64,000 nucleotides of DNA, taken from positions 8,723-72,722 of the forward strand of contig CBDFKU010000013.1 of the NCBI GenBank assembly GCA_965248975.1, given 5' to 3'. Every line of letters starts with the position of its first letter. Position 1 is the stretch's first letter. The DNA is from Dehalococcoidia bacterium (GTDB lineage: Bacteria > Chloroflexota > Dehalococcoidia > Lucifugimonadales > JAGWBF01). Positions 28,153-39,100 of this stretch are shown here, in pieces. The position numbers and the translations under genes were made by a program. Below the pieces are notes generated by a model. The model saw only the letters and a list, made by a program, of their open reading frames with translations, was not told the DNA's origin and made no database searches.

Positions 28153-30273
28153 ATGAGAGGGCCTGCAGAACTTCAGACAGTTGGGCGGAGAGAGCAGCTT
28201 GAGCAGATCCTCCGTTTGCTGGCGGAGGGCGCCCAAAGCCGGGGTGGAGTTGTCCTCCTAGAGGCCGAGACCGGCATGGGCAAGACCTCGCTGGTACGAG
28301 GAGCGGAGGCGCGATGCCGCCAGCACCCGGGCCTGGAGGAGGTCCAGTTCGTCTGGACCAGGTGCGATATGTACCATGGTGCTATGAACCCATTCCAGCC
28401 TTTCGCCGATCTGTTGGGCGAGATAGCCAGCCTTGAGAAGCCCCCCAACCTGCTGAACAGGGTTCTTGGCAAAATGGGCAGGAATAGGTCTACCATCGTG
28501 GAACTTGCGCAGGAGATGGCCAACATCGTCCCAACGGTGGGGCCTGCCGCCAAGCTTGCCATAAAGACCGGAAACATAGCGGCCACCTGGCTGGCATCCG
28601 ATGATCAATCACGTTCGGCGCCGGCGCAGTCTCTGGTGAAGCGGTACGTCGATACGATCCTCCAGTCCTGTACGTCCTACACGCCCCTTGTGATGGTGGT
28701 TGAAGACGCTCACTGGATGGACGAGATGTCCTGTCAGCTGCTGTGGTCCCTGGGCAGGGCCATCCAGAACAGGCCCATCGTGCTGTTGGTCTCCTATCGG
28801 CCGACGAGCCTCTCGGAGAAGCACCCGCTCCGGGAAGTGAGCAGGCAGCTCAAAATCGAAAGGCTTGCCCGTGAAATCGTGCTCCATCCCTTTAACGAGG
28901 ACGATATCAAGGAGTACATGCGCCTTCGGTACAACAGGGTGGCCGGCCACGGATCAGTGGCCAGGCTGCACCAGCTTACCGGCGGCAGTCCGATGGTGCT
29001 GGAGGAATACCTCAAGCTGCTGGAGGAGAAGGGCGTCATACCGGGCTCCAATGGGGGTGGTACTGTGCTCGGGGAGCCGCCAGGCACCGCAGCGGACTGG
29101 GATCTCACCGAATTCCTGACTGAAACCTCGGTGCCTCCCACGGTCCAAGCTCTGCTGGAGTCCCGTATCGAAGCCATGGAGTCCGAATACAAGGCCATGC
29201 TGCAGCGGGCGGCCGTCCAGGGCCCGCGGTTTATCGCGTACCCCCTGGCGGAACAGGAGAAGCTGGACCAGATCGATGTCCTCGCCAAGCTCCGAGAGGT
29301 CGAGCAGCGCCACCGGGTCATCTCGTACTCTGCTCCTGAGGATTGGGGAGGCAAGAAGTACGACGGGTATGCCTTCGAGCACCTCCTGATGCATCATTCT
29401 TTTTACGATAGCCTCAGCCCTGGAGAACGACGAGAGCATCACAGAGTCCTGGCCCAGATACTGGCAGAGGCCGCAGGAGAGAATGCGCTGCCACGCAAGC
29501 TCATCCTGGAAATAGCGAGGCACAATGAGGCGGCGGAGGAGTACCTGGCCGCGGCGAGGTACTCCTTTGAGGCAGCCTACTCCGCTTTCCTGGGCGGTGC
29601 CCTGGTCGAAGCCGAGGGCCTGGCCTGGCGTGCGCTGGATAGCCACAAAAAAGTGGCGGAAAGTTCGGTGGAGACCGATGAGCTCCTGGCCCAGGTCGTG
29701 TACCTCATCCTCGCCGCTTCCGAAACCCGGTGGCGGGTCCGCACATCCAGCGAGGACAGGGAGGCGTTGTTGTCGCTTGTCCATGAGGCCGAGGAGGCCG
29801 CCCATCGTGTGGGGGACTCGGCTCTCCTCGCCCAGATAAAGTTGGGCAAGGGCAAGCTCTTCATGAGCACGGGGACCATGCTAGAGTCCTTGAGCACCAT
29901 GGCAGAGGCGCTGGAACATGCCGTCGCTTCTGGCGACCCGTTCACAGAGTTTCTGGTCAAAGCGGCATACGGCCACCACCTGGTCAAGGAAGACATACAG
30001 GGTGGGCTGAAGCTCCAGTACGAGGCCCTTGAGCTACACCGCCAGAAGTTAGCACACTCCCCTGCTCCCTATGACCGGCGGGCCATAGACCGAGCTGGCC
30101 ACCGTATCATTGGCTTCATTGGCGTGGGGGAGTTCGATCGGGGTGACTACGGAGCAGCGTATGAGCGGCTCAACGAAGGACTCTCAGGACTTTTGAGGCT
30201 CAAGCTGGATCAGGACGTAGTGGTCCTGTCCAACTGTAGGCCGTCAGCGATAATGGGACACATCGGAGGGTAA
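28153..30273 (+). CDS. STAND-type NTPase (AAA_16 P-loop) with a C-terminal TPR-like helical array; no recognisable effector domain
   Basis: GRREQLEQILRLL...VVLLEAETGMGKTSLV (Walker A), LVMVVEDAHWMD (Walker B), long helical repeat region. The stop lies 5 nt before the IS110 boundary repeat. Confidence 0.7.
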   Translation: MRGPAELQTVGRREQLEQILRLLAEGAQSRGGVVLLEAETGMGKTSLVRGAEARCRQHPGLEEVQFVWTRCDMYHGAMNPFQPFADLLGEIASLEKPPNLLNRVLGKMGRNRSTIVELAQEMANIVPTVGPAAKLAIKTGNIAATWLASDDQSRSAPAQSLVKRYVDTILQSCTSYTPLVMVVEDAHWMDEMSCQLLWSLGRAIQNRPIVLLVSYRPTSLSEKHPLREVSRQLKIERLAREIVLHPFNEDDIKEYMRLRYNRVAGHGSVARLHQLTGGSPMVLEEYLKLLEEKGVIPGSNGGGTVLGEPPGTAADWDLTEFLTETSVPPTVQALLESRIEAMESEYKAMLQRAAVQGPRFIAYPLAEQEKLDQIDVLAKLREVEQRHRVISYSAPEDWGGKKYDGYAFEHLLMHHSFYDSLSPGERREHHRVLAQILAEAAGENALPRKLILEIARHNEAAEEYLAAARYSFEAAYSAFLGGALVEAEGLAWRALDSHKKVAESSVETDELLAQVVYLILAASETRWRVRTSSEDREALLSLVHEAEEAAHRVGDSALLAQIKLGKGKLFMSTGTMLESLSTMAEALEHAVASGDPFTEFLVKAAYGHHLVKEDIQGGLKLQYEALELHRQKLAHSPAPYDRRAIDRAGHRIIGFIGVGEFDRGDYGAAYERLNEGLSGLLRLKLDQDVVVLSNCRPSAIMGHIGG

Positions 30274-30353
30274 GAAAACCCGAGAGTTTGGAGGGTGGCG
30301 AGAGCTCCTGAAGTGAGGGTAGAGTTACCCACAGAAAGCAACTGTCTTGAAAG

Positions 30354-32747
<2,394 letters not shown>

Positions 32748-32748
<1 letters not shown>

Positions 32749-32768
32749 TGTCGGCAAAATGTCGGCAA
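32748..32768 (+). repeat. direct repeat ATGTCGGCAA x2 (32748-32757, 32759-32768) between the integrase stop and the tRNA 3' end
   Basis: Read directly: ggatAATGTCGGCAAaATGTCGGCAAttctg. Confidence 0.8.
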
Positions 32769-32825
32769 TTCTGTTGTGGGAGTGGGAGCTGCGACCCTGC
32801 CATCGGCCCGTTTGGTATCTGAAAA

Positions 32826-32914
32826 TGGCGGAGAGGGTGGGATTCGAACCCACGATACCCGGAGGGTATACCGCTTTTCGAGAGCGGCGCCTTCAACCAC
32901 TCGGCCACCTCTCC
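32826..32914 (-). tRNA. tRNA-Ser (anticodon CGA) with long variable arm and encoded CCA
   Basis: Minus strand reads GGAGAGG-TG-GCC-GAGTGGTTGAA-GGC-G-CCGCT-CTCGAAA-AGCGG-T-ATACCC-TCC-GGGTAT-C-GTGGG-TTCGAAT-CCCAC-CCTCTCC-G-CCA. All stems pair. Confidence 0.95.
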
Positions 32915-33004
32915 TACGTAGGTAATTGTATCTGAAACGGAGAAGGTTGACCATCCCGAGAGGCGGGCGGTGTCTGGGGGTCACGGGGTTCGTCTACGTG
33001 GTCA

Positions 33005-36000
33005 CTACGGATTGGCGCTAAGCTGTTCGATGCGCTGCTGGATAGCGGCAATCTCCTCGGCCGTCCTGCTAACTCCAGAGATCCTAACGGCCTCCACGAC
33101 GGCGTCCACCCGCTCCCCTCGGCCGGTGGACGAGTCGTCCCGGAAGAAGATCGCCTGGGACGGCGGCGCGGTGAAGCTGGCGTTGGTCGATCCCAGCAGA
33201 GCGCCCTGGAAATACACATCCACCTGGTCGGGGGCCGTCGAAACGAAGGCTATGTAGTGAAGCTGCCCGGCCTGCGCCTGACCGCCCAAGCCCGGGTTGG
33301 GATAAGCTCGGATTCCACCACTACTGTAGTACCATCCGTTATCGCTGGAATCGTCGAAGCTGAACAGCTTCTTGAAGCCGGACGTACTGGCCGGCGTCAG
33401 CACCATCTCCACGGTGTAGGGGTGGGAGAGCAGGCCCGCGTACGGGCTCCAATCGATGCCCAGCGGGTCGTCGGGGCCCACGTGCAGGCCGGTGCCCAGG
33501 GCCGTGTCGACGAACTGGCCGCCGATGAGGGTAGCGTGCCTCTCGTTTCCGCTGGAGTCCCGAAGGTCTCCGTTCAGCTCCAGCCTGGCCAGTACGCCCT
33601 CATCTATGGGGAAAATGACATCCTCCAGGAGAACGTCTCCGACGTCGGTAACGCCCCCCGGCACGGGAGCCACCGGCGAAGAGCGTCCGTCTACGACGGT
33701 GCCATCTATCTTGCCTCGTACGAAGACGATTACATCGCCCAGCACCGTGGGTACGTCGGGTATGGCGAAAGTCCCGTCGGCGCCGCTGACCGATGCGAGG
33801 CCGAAAACCTCCACATCCGCACCTACTACTATGCCCTGCTCGTCTATCACTCTACCGACCACGATGGTCAAGGGGTCGGGGATGACGTTGACGACTAAGG
33901 TCTGGGCCACACCGACGTTGCCCCCCAGGTCAGTCGCCCTGGCGCCGATGGTGAGGCTGATGGGTCCGGTCGGTACCGTGAAATCGACTCGATATGGCGG
34001 CGATAGGTCACGAGCGATCACCTGCCCGTCGACGAGGAACTCCACCGAGGCGACCGCGACGTCGTCTGCGGCGGCCACCCGGATAGGTACTGAAGCGCCC
34101 TCGACGAACGTCTCCCCGGGCGTCGGCGAAGCGATGAAGACCGTGGGGGCGACTCCCAGCTCATCGGCAGGCACCAACCTGAGGATGGCATCCCAGTCGT
34201 TGAGGAAGTTCCCTCCGATGGTCTGGACGACGATGGGTTTGTCCGAGCCGATGCGATGGAGAGCATCGGGCAGAAGGTCTATGAACTGCTCCGCATCAAG
34301 GACGGTGACCTCTCCATCGATGTCCACCGTGGTACCGTCTTTGTAGGCGAACACGAAGGCACCAAAGGACTGGGTGTGTATCAGGATATCCCTCCCCGCC
34401 GCCCCCACGTTCATGGTGAGGTCGTCGCCCATCCATCTAATGGAATCGCCGGCTTCGGTATCGCCGGCCCATACCCCGATCTTGCCCGTGCTGATCAACC
34501 GGAACTTGTTGCTCCCCAGGCCGCCGATGTAGGCGAACTCCCCGGAAACCAGGGTGCGGGCGAAAGCCTCTGTCCCCGACTCGATGTTGATTCCGGTCAC
34601 GGTGGCGTCTTCGTAGGCGAAGATAGCGACGGCCCCTCTCTCCCAACCGTGAGTCCCCAGCAGGAACACGGTGCCTACGTCGGTGCCGTTGCCCGATGGC
34701 ACCGACGTGTTACCGTTCTGCGCGTTGCTCATGATGGAGATCCTGCCGCTAGACTCCACGCTGTAGACCGTGAAGGGATCGAGGGGGGCGCGCGTCGTGG
34801 CGTAGAAGCCGCCGGCGGGGATGGTCTGAGTAGTTGCGATGGCTCTCGCGGTGTCACGTAAGGTGATTATGCTGTTTTCGTAGGCGAAGATAATGATCTC
34901 GTTGTTGCCAGCCAGCACCGGAGTGCGAATGATGAACTCCCGCCCGATCATGAGCCTTCCATCGAGGGCAGGATAGAAGTAGTTGGCGCCTTGACTAAAT
35001 GAGTCTGCGCCGAGGATGGCCAGCAGGGGCGCGTTGGACCGTAGCTTGAAGTGGCGCACCTCTTCCATCGGCACACTGGCCGTCCCGAACCGGCCCAGCG
35101 TGCCCGACTTGAAGGTGCTCCGGTTGTCCAGGTCGACGATCTCGTAGGTCGTGCCGTTCTGCCAGCCCACCAGCTCCAGAATTCCACCGTTGTTGGGGTT
35201 GTAGCCGAAATAGACGACCTCGGGGACGAGGATAAACCGGATAACCCGGTCCTCCGTTCCCAGAGGATTCCCTGCCCTGTCCGTCACCTGGGACGAGGCT
35301 ATTACCAGCTCGTATGTTCCCGGCGGCAGCGCCGCGTAGGTTAGCTGGAGGAACCGGTCGTTCTTGCGCAGCTTGACGTTGACGGGAGCAACGAGCTCGC
35401 CCTGGAGGCGGCGCATCCGGAAGTTCGCAGGAGTCATGGTGTCGGCCGCCATGGGCTCGGAGAACCTGACCCTGGCAGCCCGAAGGCCGCCGCCCAGGGC
35501 CTGTCCGTTACCCGGCGACGTACCGACGATGGTGGGAGCGATGGTGTCTGGAACCAGCTCGAAGACGAGGATGTTGGAGAGGGCCGAGTTGCCGCCGGTG
35601 TCATTGGCCTTCGCGCGGACCTCTATCGCGGTGGGCGCAGGCACTTCGCCCAGCGCGAGGGCGGTCAGCTCGAAGGGGAAGGAGACATCGTTGGCCACCA
35701 CCTCGCCATCCACCAGCAGCTCGACGTTGGCGGTCTGAACGTCGTCGGTTACGTCGGCGAAGATCGGGATGGAGGTCCCTTCGATCACCTGGACGCCCGG
35801 AGTGTCCGGGTCCACGTCGGCTACGGGACTGCTTATGTTGACCTGGGGAGGCTGCCCCTGATTGTCGAAGGCCAGATAGTTGATGACCTGAAGGCCGGCG
35901 GAGCCGTCGGCTACGTAGGCTATGCCGCTGGCCAGGACCACGGCATTGGGGGACACGGGCAGATCGAAGCGGGTCACGAAGACGTTCGTCTTCGCCGGGT

Positions 36001-36085
36001 CGGACACGTCCATGACGTTGAGCAGGTGGGACTCGGTATTGGAGGGTGTGCCTCCCGCCAGGCCGAGACCGGAGCCGTTGGCCAC
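33005..36085 (-). CDS. C-terminal part of the giant surface protein: LVIVD blades 6-7, Ig-like (Big_7-like) x2, SbsA-type Ig, CarboxypepD_reg-like domain, C-terminal LamG/ConA-like domain
   Basis: GIAYVADGSAGLQVINY (LVIVD). Repeated ...VELLVDGEVVANDVSFPFE / VEFLVDGQVIARDLSPPYR Ig modules. DTIAPTIVGTSPGNG (SbsA_Ig). LNGDLRDSSGNERHATLIGG (Laminin_G_3-like). The frame is open upstream to the TGA at 36104. Confidence 0.75.
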   Translation of the reverse strand: MANGSGLGLAGGTPSNTESHLLNVMDVSDPAKTNVFVTRFDLPVSPNAVVLASGIAYVADGSAGLQVINYLAFDNQGQPPQVNISSPVADVDPDTPGVQVIEGTSIPIFADVTDDVQTANVELLVDGEVVANDVSFPFELTALALGEVPAPTAIEVRAKANDTGGNSALSNILVFELVPDTIAPTIVGTSPGNGQALGGGLRAARVRFSEPMAADTMTPANFRMRRLQGELVAPVNVKLRKNDRFLQLTYAALPPGTYELVIASSQVTDRAGNPLGTEDRVIRFILVPEVVYFGYNPNNGGILELVGWQNGTTYEIVDLDNRSTFKSGTLGRFGTASVPMEEVRHFKLRSNAPLLAILGADSFSQGANYFYPALDGRLMIGREFIIRTPVLAGNNEIIIFAYENSIITLRDTARAIATTQTIPAGGFYATTRAPLDPFTVYSVESSGRISIMSNAQNGNTSVPSGNGTDVGTVFLLGTHGWERGAVAIFAYEDATVTGINIESGTEAFARTLVSGEFAYIGGLGSNKFRLISTGKIGVWAGDTEAGDSIRWMGDDLTMNVGAAGRDILIHTQSFGAFVFAYKDGTTVDIDGEVTVLDAEQFIDLLPDALHRIGSDKPIVVQTIGGNFLNDWDAILRLVPADELGVAPTVFIASPTPGETFVEGASVPIRVAAADDVAVASVEFLVDGQVIARDLSPPYRVDFTVPTGPISLTIGARATDLGGNVGVAQTLVVNVIPDPLTIVVGRVIDEQGIVVGADVEVFGLASVSGADGTFAIPDVPTVLGDVIVFVRGKIDGTVVDGRSSPVAPVPGGVTDVGDVLLEDVIFPIDEGVLARLELNGDLRDSSGNERHATLIGGQFVDTALGTGLHVGPDDPLGIDWSPYAGLLSHPYTVEMVLTPASTSGFKKLFSFDDSSDNGWYYSSGGIRAYPNPGLGGQAQAGQLHYIAFVSTAPDQVDVYFQGALLGSTNASFTAPPSQAIFFRDDSSTGRGERVDAVVEAVRISGVSRTAEEIAAIQQRIEQLSANP

Positions 36086-36103
36086 GAAGGCTGTTTTGGG
36101 TGC

Positions 36104-39100
36104 TCATTCGGTGGAGGGCACGTCCGACCCGCTGATCAGGGTGATCTCATCGGGATTGGAGACGTCAGCGGTGGCGAATCCCCCGCGGAAGTTGCTCTCC
36201 GCGACGGCGTAGGCGATGCCATTGCCCACGAAGAGCCTGCCCCCTCCGTCCGTCAGCGCCAGGGAGCCCCGGATCATCATATCGAACCCCGACAGGTCCA
36301 CCGCCCTAAGGGTCCTGTCGGCGTCCATGGTGTACAACATAGCGTCTTCTCGCGCTATGTCGGTAAGCTGGGCTCCGCCCAGGCCCAATGCCTGCTCGAA
36401 CTCCCCGGTCAGCAGGTCTATGCTGTGGACCGATGTGCCAGAGGCCACGTAGGCCAACCCATCGAACACCTCCACTCGTGCGGCTCCGTCAGGGAGCTCC
36501 ACCGTCTGGAGAAGCGCCGGGGACACAGGGTCCGATACGTCGACGAGGTGGAGTCCTACCGCTCCTGCGGCCACCGCCGCGATTCCAACGGTCGCGTCGA
36601 CGCCTACGTCCTCGGCCGTCCCGGGCAGGCCCAGCTGGCTGAGGAGGGTGGGCTTGTTGAACTGGGAGGCATCGACGATGGCCAGGCCTCCGGAGCCGTC
36701 GGCCACGTAGGCAATCTGTCCGGCCTCGCCCCGGGGCCGCCCTTCGACCACCAGGTCGCGAGCCTCGCCACGGAGCCTGACGTTGGCGATGATGCCCGTC
36801 GGGAAGGACCGGCCGCCCAGTGGGTCCAGGCCCTGCGCGACCTCCACGAAGTCGGAGAGCCCATCCCCGTCGGTGTCGGCTTTCGTTGCCGAAGTGCCGA
36901 GGGCGAACTCCACGTCGTCGGGAAGGCCGTCGGAGTCGCCGTCGGGCTCGACGCTGCCGGAGAATACGATGCTGGAGGTAAGATCGATGCCCTGGCCCGA
37001 CCTGGCGGAGGTTCCGAAACTATGACTGACAAGCCCCGTCACCGGATCGAATATCACCATGTGGAAGGGCTCCTCGGAGGGAAGGAAGAGCTGGAAGTTG
37101 CCCTGATCGTCGCTTAGGTCGCGAAGGACCACGGACCCGGGCAGGTCCGGCGTCTCTATAGCTATGTAATCGTTACCCCAGTGGGGGTAAACGGTCTGGT
37201 CCAAGCCGGTGCCTACGGCGCTGATCCGGAGGTTTGGCCTGTCGGGATCGTTGGTCACCACCTGGATCAGGGCCCGCTCGATGCCCAGGCGATTGGGGTC
37301 GAATCCGACACCGAAGATGAAGCTCTCCCCCAGGGCTAGATTGATAGGGTTGGTGTTCATATCAGCGGGCAGGCCCAGCAACGAGAAGGGCCCGATGCCC
37401 TCGACCAGAGCGATGTCCGCTATCACCAGGGGCGCCACGCCCAGGTTGGTGATGGACGCTAGCTCGGCGACTTCGGCCGATCCACCGGCCACCGGCAGGC
37501 CTCCCAGGTTGTTGTTATCAAGGAGCTCCACGGCCGCCACGGGGTCGGGTGACAGTCCAGTTCCGGTGAGCCCGATGCTGAATGCCGGCGCCCCGCCGGA
37601 GTTGCTATTGATGGTGAGGGTGTCCTGGTGGCCGCCCACTCCAGCCGGGTTGAACTCCACCGTGACGACAGTGCTCTGCTCCAACCCCAGGGTGGTCCCG
37701 GGCGCCACGCCGGCCACTATAGAGAACCCGGCGGAGCCATCAGATAGGGACACTGAGTCAATGATGAGGGGAAGCTGTCCGTTGCTGGTGATAGTCAGGT
37801 CGATTTGAGTCGTGGCGCCGCCGGTCCCGTTGGAGGCGGCGACATCATCGAAGGTGACGACATCGTCGGGGAAGAGAGTTTCGCCCGCCGCGGAAACACC
37901 TATGCCGGGGGCCGGCTCGTCCAGCACGTCGCGAATCCCCGCCCTGCTATTGGGAAGGTTTATGTTGTCCCGATACATCTTCAGCTCGGCGGTGAGGGGC
38001 TTGTCGGCGTTGCGGTGGAATCCCAGGGCGGCCTTCAGCAGGTTCTGGTTCTGGGCGGAGAAGGTCAGGTCGGCGTCGGAGTCGCTGCCCGCGTTCATGA
38101 TATCGTTGGCCGGGTTGATGTTGCCGTTACCGTTCAGGTAAGAGTCGTTGAGGCCAAAAGTATGGGCGATTTCGTGGCTGACCGTGTTGGCCATGAACTG
38201 AGCGAAGGTCGCCCCCGATGTCCACGACACGTTGATGGCAACCGAGAACTCGCCCTTGTTGACCACCTTCTGGTTCAACGCCTGGGCGAGGGCCCATTCC
38301 TTGGCCGCCGGACTGATCACGTCGTTGGTGATCAGCGGCTTCAGGAAAGTTTCGTCGGAATCGTAGTCGGCCGAGCCGTACAGTCTGCCGCCTAGGTCCT
38401 TCCAGCTCATGGTGACGTCGCCGCCGGAGTCCACGAACTGATAGCCCACCTCTGGCTTGTTGGCGGTGTCGTAGTCCGCCTTGATGGCTGCCTTCAGTGC
38501 ATCGGCTTCGGACTGCATCTTTGCGTCCAGCTGGGCCTCGGTATACGCATCGCCCGGCATGAAACCGGCAAACTGGGTCTTGAACTTGTTGGAGACGAAC
38601 TTCTTGGTGCTGTCGGGGAAGATATGGAAGATATCGCCGGTGGCGTCCTTCTGGAGTGCCTTGATAATCCTCTTCAGCTCGACCTTATATCCCTCGACGT
38701 TCACGTTGACGGTGGTGCGGTTGGTTGCCGTTCCCCGTGCTAGGATGCTGCCCACCTTCAGGCCATCGACCTTGACGTCGAAGCTGTCAGACCTCTCGCC
38801 GCTCAGAGTGGGGTCGAATAGCCAGAGCATCTCCTTGCCGCCGATCACCGTGTTACTAAGGACAAAGGGAGACCCAAGTAAGGGGCCGGTGAAGCTGGTC
38901 CTCACAGACTTCGGGAGGTGGGCGCCCACGGTCTTGGTGCGGTGGAACCCGTCGCTGCCGAAAATCGACGGGTCGGTCAGGGTGCGGTGAAAGGCCGCCG
39001 AATTGCCAGCCTTGCTCTTAGCCTCGGGAGCGTAGATGACGTTGACCCAACGATATGCATAGAAGGTAAAGATGTCCCGGGTCCTGGACCCGTCGGCCTC

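Noticed and set aside
36104-36106. TGA as selenocysteine, or a reassigned sense codon, in the giant gene
   Set aside because: TGA is used as an ordinary stop by several well-defined genes in this window (the ABC-F gene, thiE, the PAP2 fusion). I see no convincing SECIS-like hairpin immediately 3' of the codon. The gene is already disrupted by an IS, so a nonsense mutation is the simpler explanation.
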